From: Clostridia bacterium
Lineage (GTDB): Bacteria > Bacillota > Clostridia > Oscillospirales > CAG-272
Direction: 5' to 3'
Assembly: GCA_017461945.1 (NCBI GenBank)
Contig: JAFTSB010000067.1
Location: 42,781-106,780, forward strand
DNA length: 64,000 nucleotides
Both the position numbers and the translations under genes were made by a program. The number at the start of each line of letters is the position of its first letter. The stretch's first letter is position 1. The notes below the pieces were generated by a model, which did no database searches, was not told where the DNA came from, and saw only the letters and a list, made by a program, of their open reading frames with translations. Shown here in pieces: positions 28,613 through 35,971 of this stretch.

Positions 28613-28699
28613 ATGCTACTACATCGTATTTGCTATTTTGTCAATGTCCATGGCCAAATGTTCCTTGACATAATAGCATTGCTCGTTGTCGCAAGATAA
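28613..28699 (+). CDS. 28-aa hydrophobic peptide, putative type I toxin
   Basis: MLLHRICYFVNVHGQMFLDIIALLVVAR; AGGAGGTGA SD; 14/28 identical to copy 2 with synonymous changes. Confidence 0.7.
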   Translation: MLLHRICYFVNVHGQMFLDIIALLVVAR

Positions 28700-28723
28700 C
28701 ACGCTCTTTCGGCTTGCCCGTCT

Positions 28724-28752
28724 ATTATACCATAACGGGCAAGTCTTGTCAA
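28724..28752 (-). promoter_or_regulatory. Consensus antisense promoter (putative antitoxin RNA)
   Basis: Minus strand TTGACA-17-TATAAT with extended TG, firing back across the peptide gene. Confidence 0.75.
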
Positions 28753-28937
28753 GAGCCAAGGTAGATACCTCAATCCACCCCTAACCGAATTTGTAGCCGT
28801 GGAAAACGCAAGCGCTTTTTGTTGGCCCGGGGGAGCATCTCGCCGCGCACCTCTCGGTGTCTGCGGCTTCGGTCACCTCGTCTGCGGACTCGGAAAAATG
28901 GCAATTAGGGATGGTGTCCCTGACCCACCCACCCTTG

Positions 28938-29732
28938 TTAGTCGGTGTCGGTTGTGAGCGGTTCCCTTCTCTCTTTGGGCAAGGTCAAAAGGCGGTTGGT
29001 CTGTAGCACCTTCCATCGGTCTGCAACTTCGGTGGGTACGCTTTTATAACGGCCTGCATAGCAGTGGGTATCGTAGGAGCGGAAAAAGGGGTTGATGAAG
29101 CCAACGAGGGTGCGCATATTGTCTTCGGTATTCCCTTCTTCTACTGTCTTGATTTCCTCGGAAATGCTGATGTTACGGCACTTGACCCAGTAGAAGCACA
29201 GAAACTTCTTAAAGTGCATCAAGTTATACACTACGTTAATGCGGCGGCGGATTTCAAGCACGATGTTTTCGGAGCACTGGTCATTGCACACGATATAGCC
29301 ACCGCGCGTGTAGTGTCGAAATAATCGAATGGCTTCGTTAAAGTTCTTCAGCACCAAGGGATTTTTGAAATCAAACTGATTGGCAAATGCACCTATCTCG
29401 TCAATGAAAACCACGGAGCGTGGGACGATACGTTCCCACAAAAGCAAATGCCCTGCTGTGAGAACTTCGGCATACTCCTTGCGGCTGATGCGCAAAGGGA
29501 TAGACGAATATAGCAAGGGCTTTTCCCATCTATCCTTGGGGTGCAAAAGGTTGTGCCATTTCACCTTGCGGCGGTTTTTACGTAGCAACTTCTTTGCCTG
29601 CTGTACCGATTTTAATGACTTCCCCGAGCCAAGGCCGCCAGTATAACATTGAATGGTGTCATAATGGATGATGTAAGGCTTAATGAGCCACACAAGAAAG
29701 ATGATTGTCAGCGCAATGATAAGAAATGCCAT
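28938..29732 (-). CDS. Zot-like / pI morphogenesis ATPase with N-terminal TM helix
   Basis: N-terminal TM, Walker A GGLGSGKS, Walker B VVFIDE, RHY and downstream Q motifs; aggag SD. Confidence 0.88.
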   Translation of the reverse strand: MAFLIIALTIIFLVWLIKPYIIHYDTIQCYTGGLGSGKSLKSVQQAKKLLRKNRRKVKWHNLLHPKDRWEKPLLYSSIPLRISRKEYAEVLTAGHLLLWERIVPRSVVFIDEIGAFANQFDFKNPLVLKNFNEAIRLFRHYTRGGYIVCNDQCSENIVLEIRRRINVVYNLMHFKKFLCFYWVKCRNISISEEIKTVEEGNTEDNMRTLVGFINPFFRSYDTHCYAGRYKSVPTEVADRWKVLQTNRLLTLPKERREPLTTDTD

Positions 29733-29733
29733 A

Positions 29734-30339
29734 TTATCTCCTTCCTCGCCACTCACTACCATAGAATTTATCAAAATCTACAGTATCAGCGGCAACACCG
29801 ATATTTATACCATCCATTCTGACCTCGCCGTCCTCTACCATCCGTTGCCAGTCCAACGGCAACAAACAATACTTGAAAGCGTTAAACCAATCTTTCGAAT
29901 TAAAGACTCGGTCAAGATAACTGGTCATAGTTCCCCACGCATTACGGATAGGCAGAGTCAACCACTCTACGGCGGTTTGGATATTTGACCATAACTTGGG
30001 AAAAACACCGCCAAGATTGTCAAAGAAATGCCGCATATAAGTTATACAGTTATTCATAAAGTCTGTGATGGCCTTGGGCACTTCAGACCATTTTTCAACA
30101 CTAACTTCTTGCCAACTGGGGAAATTAGGCATTAACTCAACATAGCGCGGCACAAACCCTTCCTTGTGATATTCTACATCATCAAGGGTTGGGAAGGTTT
30201 CAAAAAGCACGGCCATACGATTGAGATATTGAGCCGCATTGATGTGATAAGTGCTCACGATCGGCATTGATCCTATCTTTGCAAACAGAGCCGATACCAG
30301 TAATGCGGCACACAAAACGAAAACAAAAAACGTTCTCAT
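29734..30339 (-). CDS. Phage membrane-associated protein (pVI-position)
   Basis: N-terminal hydrophobic segment and amphipathic helices; ATGA-coupled to the upstream ORF; lies directly before pI. Confidence 0.65.
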   Translation of the reverse strand: MRTFFVFVLCAALLVSALFAKIGSMPIVSTYHINAAQYLNRMAVLFETFPTLDDVEYHKEGFVPRYVELMPNFPSWQEVSVEKWSEVPKAITDFMNNCITYMRHFFDNLGGVFPKLWSNIQTAVEWLTLPIRNAWGTMTSYLDRVFNSKDWFNAFKYCLLPLDWQRMVEDGEVRMDGINIGVAADTVDFDKFYGSEWRGRR

Positions 30340-30533
30340 CGTTTCAACCACCCTTTATATTTCATAAAGCGAAGCAAAAAATGGTAAGGCACACACACAA
30401 AGAAATGTACCATCACGGCGGCTACGGCGGTGATGAAGATATAGTAGAAGGTCTTTTCGCCATAGCCTTCGTATAGGCTTAAGTCGCCAAAATGAGGCAT
30501 AATGTACGTATGAAGAATTTCATAAAAGGTCAT
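30336..30533 (-). CDS. Small single-TM phage protein (minor coat candidate)
   Basis: 65 aa, one TM, basic C-terminus, ggaggg SD. Confidence 0.65.
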   Translation of the reverse strand: MTFYEILHTYIMPHFGDLSLYEGYGEKTFYYIFITAVAAVMVHFFVCVPYHFLLRFMKYKGWLKR

Positions 30534-30545
30534 ATACTTCCCTCC

Positions 30546-31496
30546 TTATCCGAAGAAGAATTTGCCACAGATGCCAATCACGAAAGCGGCAACAACGAAC
30601 GTAAACACTTGGACTACTACACCTGCAAGATTGAAACCGAAAACCTCAAAATCAAACATGGTCGATACCGCCCTATAGGGAGCAAATGCAATCTCGCCTA
30701 TAATGTCAAGGAAACTTTCGCTTACATCGTTGCTTTCGCCTTTAGTGACTCCGTTTCTGTACGCAGTATTAACTTGTTCAGCAACATCAGCAAGGCCTGC
30801 GGCCTTTCCTTCGTCAAAGCCTTCATTATAGCCGCTTGGTTCACCATCGTTAAAACCCTCTTCGTACCCGTCATTCCACGCAAAGCCCAAATCTTCCTCA
30901 TCATAATATCCTGCATGTTTTTCAATCCAAAAGATAGGGGGTGTATATGGCATTGAATAGACTCCAACCGTACTGGGTAAAGCGTTCAAATTCATTGAAA
31001 TAGAAGTGTCTAAACCATTACCACCATTGGCATAATAAAGCCATATGGTGCAATGTGCCCCAGCCTTAACCACAGAAGACGAACACTCGTAATTATCATC
31101 ACCGATAAGCCGTATTTCGCTTTCAGTACCATCTAAATTCTCGATATAAACAACAATCTGCCAGTCAAGCATTTCAGAGTCCTCTATTGGGCGATCCGTA
31201 TATTCAACAGTAACACCGAAATATACATCTTGGGTGGTAAACAATTCAAAAGAGCCAAGTTTAATTTCATCAGTTTGGCTTTCGTGATCTATTACCATAT
31301 CAATCACCCCATTTGAGTGAATAACATAATTGCACTCCTGCCTTTCAATAGGAATTTCAGGCATTTCATTCCAAATGATGTGATTTGTATAAATATTTTC
31401 TTCCATTGGGCTAAGATATGTTGCCGATGCCGTAACGGCAAACGCAGAAACCATCAGCACAACCAGAGTCAGCAATACAAACATTCTCTTTTTCAT
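30546..31496 (-). CDS. pIII-like adsorption protein
   Basis: Signal peptide ending ASA, acidic N-terminal domain, GxxxG linker GYEEGFNDG...GYNEGFDEGKAAG, C-terminal TM anchor. Confidence 0.7.
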   Translation of the reverse strand: MKKRMFVLLTLVVLMVSAFAVTASATYLSPMEENIYTNHIIWNEMPEIPIERQECNYVIHSNGVIDMVIDHESQTDEIKLGSFELFTTQDVYFGVTVEYTDRPIEDSEMLDWQIVVYIENLDGTESEIRLIGDDNYECSSSVVKAGAHCTIWLYYANGGNGLDTSISMNLNALPSTVGVYSMPYTPPIFWIEKHAGYYDEEDLGFAWNDGYEEGFNDGEPSGYNEGFDEGKAAGLADVAEQVNTAYRNGVTKGESNDVSESFLDIIGEIAFAPYRAVSTMFDFEVFGFNLAGVVVQVFTFVVAAFVIGICGKFFFG

Positions 31497-31510
31497 TTCT
31501 TTCTCCTTTC

Positions 31511-31547
31511 AAATAAAAACCCCATCCGGCATTGCTGGATGGGGTTT
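31511..31547 (-). terminator. Intrinsic terminator directly after the major coat gene
   Basis: aaaccccatccagc/gccggatggggttt stem plus U run; same position as the terminator after gene VIII in Ff phages. Confidence 0.85.
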
Positions 31548-31551
31548 ATTA

Positions 31552-31776
31552 TCAGCCGCGCAGGTGCTTGATAAAGGCAAAAATGCCCATTACAAGACCA
31601 ATCGCAAGACCAATGCCGCCGACAGTCAGACCAACTTTTGCAATGTCCGAGAGCACAGGCTCGGCTGCTGCAGGGTCAGCATAAATCAAATGCGAAAATG
31701 CCGTTTTAATGCCCTGCGTCATAGGCTCGATGATGCCAGTAAAGCCATCGCCAATCTGTTTAACGATATCGCCCAT
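31552..31776 (-). CDS. Major coat protein candidate (pVIII-like)
   Basis: 74 aa, amphipathic N-terminal half, Gly-rich TM helix, basic C-terminus KHLRG; aaggag SD. Confidence 0.75.
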   Translation of the reverse strand: MGDIVKQIGDGFTGIIEPMTQGIKTAFSHLIYADPAAAEPVLSDIAKVGLTVGGIGLAIGLVMGIFAFIKHLRG

Positions 31777-31778
31777 TA

Positions 31779-31940
31779 TTACTCCTTTCCGACAAGCGCA
31801 AGAAGCAAGCGACGGTCGCTCTTGAACACGGGTTTGATGGGAATATCAAAACCGCGCACGCGCAGAATTAACTGCTCAAAATGTACCTTCTCGCCCGTCT
31901 CCTGATTGTCAAAATCACGGGTTTCAGTATAAAGTTCCAT
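31779..31940 (-). CDS. 53-aa protein, ssDNA-binding (pV-position) candidate, not in the ORF track
   Basis: MELYTETRDFDNQETGEKVHFEQLILRVRGFDIPIKPVFKSDRRLLLALVGKE; aggagg SD; between rep and coat. Confidence 0.65.
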   Translation of the reverse strand: MELYTETRDFDNQETGEKVHFEQLILRVRGFDIPIKPVFKSDRRLLLALVGKE

Positions 31941-31996
31941 ATGCACATACCTCCTTTATGGCTTTATTATAAAGCCATAAATCCGAATATGATATA

Positions 31997-32581
31997 TCAC
32001 TCTAAAATTTCTCCAGTTTCTGTATCGCACGTATTCCACATAGGGCTCTGTGCCAAAGCAACCAATTTCAGCAAGGAATTTGCTTGATAAATGAAGGAAG
32101 GGTGTGTGCGCAAAAATGCCTTGTAGCCAATTTGATTTAAAGCAAGGGATTCAATATCTTCAAGCAGAGTTTCGTTCTTATCTTCTTCGGTCTGCTCTGT
32201 GACCTTTTGAAGCACTTCTTCTAATTCGGCAGGGGCTAAATTAGTATCAAGGTCAACTTGCTTATATTCGGGCTTTTCGGGGTTATCCAAATGGAGCAAA
32301 TATCGCACCGCGCCGTTGGGCTTGGTGGCAAGAGGGGCTTGCACAAATCTATTGTCAAGGCCAAGCCGCTTGGCTATGGTGTACTGAAATTCCCTTTTAT
32401 CCGACATCACAACAAGGTGAAAATGGACTTTTTTGGCCGTTCCATCTTCGTTAATGTCTTGGTCATGTTTTATCATCGCATAACGATAGCCAAAGGCCTT
32501 AAGGCCTGCCCTTACGCTCTCTACGTGTTCCTCATAGAACATGGACGGAAACCACTTTGCACGCGCTCCTCTTTCAGCCAT
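31997..32581 (-). CDS. Rolling-circle replication initiator, HUH superfamily, pMV158 RepB/Rep_2-like
   Basis: HDQD...KKVHFHLVV (HUH motif 2) and YLLH (motif 3 Tyr). Confidence 0.85.
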   Translation of the reverse strand: MAERGARAKWFPSMFYEEHVESVRAGLKAFGYRYAMIKHDQDINEDGTAKKVHFHLVVMSDKREFQYTIAKRLGLDNRFVQAPLATKPNGAVRYLLHLDNPEKPEYKQVDLDTNLAPAELEEVLQKVTEQTEEDKNETLLEDIESLALNQIGYKAFLRTHPSFIYQANSLLKLVALAQSPMWNTCDTETGEILE

Positions 32582-32855
32582 TTCTCGCCACCTCGCTTTC
32601 GTTCACAATTTGTTCATGGACAATGGACAATGGGGGCAGATGGTCGCAGTACATCTGCCCTGCCCACCCTTCCTCTGCAGGGTCAAAATCGTCAACGAAA
32701 ATACCGTAATATGGGTTTTGAGTACATCCAGTTACAATGCGGTGCACTTGTAACCAAGATAGACCAAGGAAACGTGCAACGTCTGCTTGCGAGTAAAACA
32801 ACGCTACTGGTAATTGTGCTTCGGTGCGCTTTTCGTAAATAAGATATGAACGCAT
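32574..32855 (-). CDS. Putative HTH DNA-binding protein, first gene of the phage operon
   Basis: SQADVARFLGLSWLQVHRIV helix-turn-helix-like segment; ggagg SD; overlaps the rep start. Confidence 0.6.
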   Translation of the reverse strand: MRSYLIYEKRTEAQLPVALFYSQADVARFLGLSWLQVHRIVTGCTQNPYYGIFVDDFDPAEEGWAGQMYCDHLPPLSIVHEQIVNESEVARNG

Positions 32856-32886
32856 AAAAAAACCTCCACAGTTTTTACTGTGGAGG
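32856..32886 (-). terminator. Terminator/SD-sequestering hairpin directly before the first phage ATG
   Basis: Minus strand CCTCCACAGT-AAAA-ACTGTGGAGG-TTTTTTT-ATG. Confidence 0.75.
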
Positions 32887-32973
32887 GCTTGCAATCTAAA
32901 AATATAATAAATTATGCCCTATACGGGCACTCGCTCTACCCGCGCGCCTTGCGGCTTTCAAAGCACGGGCGAG

Positions 32974-33079
32974 TACAAAATCAGCATTTTGTGCAAAGAA
33001 GCAAATGTATAGGTAAAAAGCCCTACTGGCTTTTTGCAATCCTTCTTTACACAAAACACACGCTCGATTTTGTATAATT
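32974..33079. other. Two inverted dif-like sites (attR region, folded-attP remnant)
   Basis: TACAAAA-TCAGCA-TTTTGTGCAAAGAAG at 32974-33001 is complementary to CTTCTTTACACAAAA-(11 nt)-TTTTGTA at 33042-33074. Confidence 0.65.
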
Positions 33080-33141
33080 GTATGTATAAATAGATGAGGG
33101 CATGTGCCCCCTTGCTCCCTTGTTATAGCATACCTTTCGAA

Positions 33142-33364
33142 TTGCGCCACGGTTGTCAATTTGCCCTACTCTTAGACTTGCTTCGTCATGGACGAGCTTC
33201 GTAAACAAGCCGAAAAGAGGTGATATCATGCCGTTTAAAACTTTTTGCTACATAATCAATACTCACACCCAAATGATACTTGATATTGTAGCACTAATCG
33301 TTATTGCAAAATAACACGCTCTTTCGGCTTGCCCGTTTATTATACCATAACAGGCATGTCAAGA
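33142..33364 (+). repeat. Type I TA-like module, copy 2
   Basis: Direct repeat of 28528-28754; antisense TGnTATAAT retained, -35 spacer only 12 bp. Confidence 0.8.
33228..33314 (+). CDS. 28-aa hydrophobic peptide, putative type I toxin (not in the ORF track)
   Basis: MPFKTFCYIINTHTQMILDIVALIVIAK; GAGGTGA SD; paralog of 28613-28699. Confidence 0.7.
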   Translation: MPFKTFCYIINTHTQMILDIVALIVIAK

Positions 33365-33391
33365 AATTGTTCCCTTTTGCTTAATGTTATC

Positions 33392-33661
33392 TCAGATGTT
33401 CTTTTTTTCGCCACTATTTTTATACTTTTGGCGCGTAGCCTCGCCGCCACGCAAATGGCGCTCGTTTTTGTTTTTTTGTAAAATATCCTGTACGCGCTCA
33501 AACAAACAACGATTGACCCCTTGCAATTCTACTGTAACGTCTTTATGTACGGTGCTTTTGCTGATGCCAAAATATTGTGCAGCGGCACGAACGGTGCAGC
33601 CGTATTCCACAATATAATTCCCGATCAGCTCGCAGCGCCTTGGTTGACTGAAGTATGCCAT
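33392..33661 (-). CDS. spoIIID: Sporulation transcriptional regulator SpoIIID
   Basis: TVRAAAQYFGISKSTVHKDVT and ERHLRGGEATRQKY. Confidence 0.93.
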   Translation of the reverse strand: MAYFSQPRRCELIGNYIVEYGCTVRAAAQYFGISKSTVHKDVTVELQGVNRCLFERVQDILQKNKNERHLRGGEATRQKYKNSGEKKNI

Positions 33662-33751
33662 GATTCTCTCTTTTCTGTTGAAAAATCAGAAGAAATCTGT
33701 TATACTATATTATGCCAATTACCGCAGATAAAGAACTGAAGGGTTAAAAAT

Positions 33752-34522
33752 ATGATAAAAGAAGAAAACCGCTTTGTTTCCTCCAATATTTTAGAAGGAA
33801 TGACTTCTATTTCTGCCCTCCTTGGGGCGCAGGATGCCGGTGTAAATGATCGCATGATAACCGAGATTCTGTTTGACAAGGCTAAAAAAGCCAAAAAGTC
33901 ACGTGAATATGCTTTTCTTGCCCACAAATGTGCAGAAAAAAATATAAAACTAACCTTGACCGATGCCGAAGCCTTGACAAAGATCTGCATCGGTAATACC
34001 CACGGCGGTATCGTTGCCCTTTGCGGAGAGCGGACACTCCCCTCCCCCTCGCGCAACAATTTGCCCTCAAACGGTTTTTTATGCCTTTTGGAAGGGATTG
34101 AGGATCCCTATAATTTCGGCTATGCACTTCGCTCTCTTTATGCGGCCGGATGCGACGGCATCCTGTTGGGTGAGCGTAACTGGATGAGCGCAGCCGGCGT
34201 TGTTGCCCGCGCCTCGGCTGGTGCTTCAGAGTCTATGCCCATTTGGACCGGTAACACCGAGGACGCCATTTCTTTGCTGAAGGAAATGGGATATCGGATC
34301 GTATGCGCCGGTATACGCGACTCGGTTGGTTTGTACGATGCCGACTTAAAAAAACCTCTATTGCTGGTGGTGGGTGGCGAAAAACGCGGCATTTCTGCCG
34401 ATATGCTTTCCAAGGCCGATCAGATCGTGCGCATTGACTATGGTCGGGAATTCCGCGGTTCCCTTTCTGCCGCATCGGCCGCAACCGTAATGGCGTTTGA
34501 GATTTTAAGACAAAACTCATAA
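33752..34522 (+). CDS. TrmH/SpoU-family RNA methyltransferase
   Basis: HGGIVA, EGIEDPYNFG, VVGGEKRGIS and SLSAASA. Confidence 0.88.
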   Translation: MIKEENRFVSSNILEGMTSISALLGAQDAGVNDRMITEILFDKAKKAKKSREYAFLAHKCAEKNIKLTLTDAEALTKICIGNTHGGIVALCGERTLPSPSRNNLPSNGFLCLLEGIEDPYNFGYALRSLYAAGCDGILLGERNWMSAAGVVARASAGASESMPIWTGNTEDAISLLKEMGYRIVCAGIRDSVGLYDADLKKPLLLVVGGEKRGISADMLSKADQIVRIDYGREFRGSLSAASAATVMAFEILRQNS

Positions 34523-34568
34523 ACAAACCTTGGCGGTTGTGCAACGAAATTTGAAAGATTGGAAATAG

Positions 34569-34605
34569 AAAAAGCCCCTTGCGATTACTCGCAAGGGGCT
34601 TTTTT
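34569..34605. terminator. Bidirectional intrinsic terminator
   Basis: aaaaagccccttgcga/tcgcaaggggcttttt between convergent genes. Confidence 0.85.
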
Positions 34606-34606
34606 A

Positions 34607-35791
34607 TTATTCGGTGGTATAGTTGTCGAAATAACCTTGGATATAGATGATAGGAGTGCCCTTATCGCCCGAGCCGGAGGTCAGATCGCAAAGGGAGCCA
34701 ATCAGGTCAGTGAGACGTCTGGGGGTGGTGCCCATCTGCCCTTCTTGCTTGGTATCCTTATGAGAAATCTTATCCTCAATAGCGGCACGAAGTTCCTCAC
34801 CGGTCAGATTGGCAAAATCATTGTCAGCCAGGTACTTCAGCTTCAACTCATTGGGGGTTCCCTCCAGGCCCTTGGTATAAGCAGGAGAAACCACCGGGTC
34901 AGCCAGCTCCCAGATCTTACCGACAGGATCCTTAAAGGCACCATCGCCATATACCATGACCTCAACCAACTTGCCGGTCTCCTGCAGGATACGATCCTGA
35001 ATGGCTTCTACCAACGTCTGGCAATCGCGGGGAAACAGCTTGACCTTATCATCGGTGGCCTTATTGGAACCAAGCAGACCGTAATTCTCGTTATAACCGC
35101 TGCCGTCGATGGGGGCAGACATAATATCGTCCATGCCGTATACCGTCTTGGCACCGGCAGCCTTCAGCAGTCTCTTGGTGCGAGCACGGGTGTGAATATC
35201 GCAGCAAAGAACGTTATCGGTATACTTCAAAATGGCGCGAGGATCGTTTGCAAAAATAATTTCGCAATCGGCGCCTTCTGCACGGACAAGCTGCTCGTAA
35301 TATTCTACATAGTCTACACCGGTAAAGGTGTGCTTTTCATAGCCAAAGCACTCACGGTAGCGCTTCACGTCCAAAACATCGCTGTAAGGATTGATCCCTG
35401 CTGCGTCAATAGCATCCAGGCTGACCAAGTGGTTGCCCACCTCGTCCGAGGGATAGGACAGCATGATCACAACCTTTTTGGCACCTCTGGCAATGCCGGT
35501 CAGACACACAGAAAAGCGATTGCGAGAAAGGATCGGGAAAACGATACCAACCGTCTCACCGCCGAATTTATTGCGAATGTCGGTTGCAATATTGTCATTG
35601 GTGACGTAATTCTCCTGTGCGCGCGCAACGATAGATTCAGTCATAGCAACAATGTCACGATTTCTGATCTCATAGCCGCCGTCCTTGGCAGCCTCTATAA
35701 TGCAATTGGTAACGATTGCTGTCAAATCGTCTCCGCCGCGAATAATGGGGGCGCGAACTCCGCGAGATACAGTACCGATCATACGGCTCAT
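34607..35791 (-). CDS. Coenzyme F420-0:L-glutamate ligase (CofE)-like protein
   Basis: RAPIIRGGDDL, TESIVARAQ and DLTSGSGDKGTP patterns of the Firmicute CofE-like family. Confidence 0.75.
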   Translation of the reverse strand: MSRMIGTVSRGVRAPIIRGGDDLTAIVTNCIIEAAKDGGYEIRNRDIVAMTESIVARAQENYVTNDNIATDIRNKFGGETVGIVFPILSRNRFSVCLTGIARGAKKVVIMLSYPSDEVGNHLVSLDAIDAAGINPYSDVLDVKRYRECFGYEKHTFTGVDYVEYYEQLVRAEGADCEIIFANDPRAILKYTDNVLCCDIHTRARTKRLLKAAGAKTVYGMDDIMSAPIDGSGYNENYGLLGSNKATDDKVKLFPRDCQTLVEAIQDRILQETGKLVEVMVYGDGAFKDPVGKIWELADPVVSPAYTKGLEGTPNELKLKYLADNDFANLTGEELRAAIEDKISHKDTKQEGQMGTTPRRLTDLIGSLCDLTSGSGDKGTPIIYIQGYFDNYTTE

Positions 35792-35971
35792 AAACAAACC
35801 ACTCCTTTTTTAAGCCGCTTGCCTTGCAAGCAGGGGTAAGATGATTTTACCACATCCATTAGTATACCAAAAAAATGTCGGTTTGTAAAGGTTTTTCGAA
35901 TAAAAAAACGCTGTTTTTTTCGTTTTGGCAAAGTAGTATAATATTATTGTATTATAGTTTGAATTTCCGTA

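Larger units (their letters stand above)
28528..28754 (+). repeat. Type I TA-like module, copy 1 (diverged direct repeat of 33142-33364)
   Basis: UTRs nearly identical to copy 2; 5' and 3' UTRs complementary to each other. Confidence 0.8.
28332..33079 (-). mobile_element. Integrated filamentous phage (inovirus-like prophage), predicted circle 4734 bp, no integrase
   Basis: Co-oriented HTH, HUH Rep, SSB-like, coat, terminator, pIII-like, membrane ORFs and Zot ATPase; 14-bp direct repeat GATTTTGTATAATT at 28332-28345 and 33066-33079. Confidence 0.88.

Noticed and set aside
28938-29732. Zot as an enterotoxin or virulence gene
   Set aside because: Only the ATPase domain is present, without the Vibrio C-terminal toxin region. 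Context indicates phage morphogenesis.
32880-33229. ORFs 32880-33077, 32896-33159 and 33047-33229
   Set aside because: They overlap the structured att region and TA leader, cross the predicted junction and lack convincing SDs.
28528-33364. The two ~225-bp TA copies as terminal repeats from Campbell-type homologous integration
   Set aside because: The peptides are only 50% identical, and phage-derived sequence extends left of copy 1 to ~28332.
28409-33365. 9-bp direct repeat TGTCAAGAA (28409-28417 and 33357-33365) as prophage att sites
   Set aside because: It is essentially the reverse complement of a -35 box and recurs at other promoters (28747, ~20598). The 14-bp repeat with the foldable attP explains the ends better.
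33693-33720. Canonical XerCD dif-like sequence (…ACTATA-TTATGCCAATT)
   Set aside because: The XerC arm matches poorly. It is better explained as the sigmaE-like -10 (CATAATAT, minus strand) of spoIIID.
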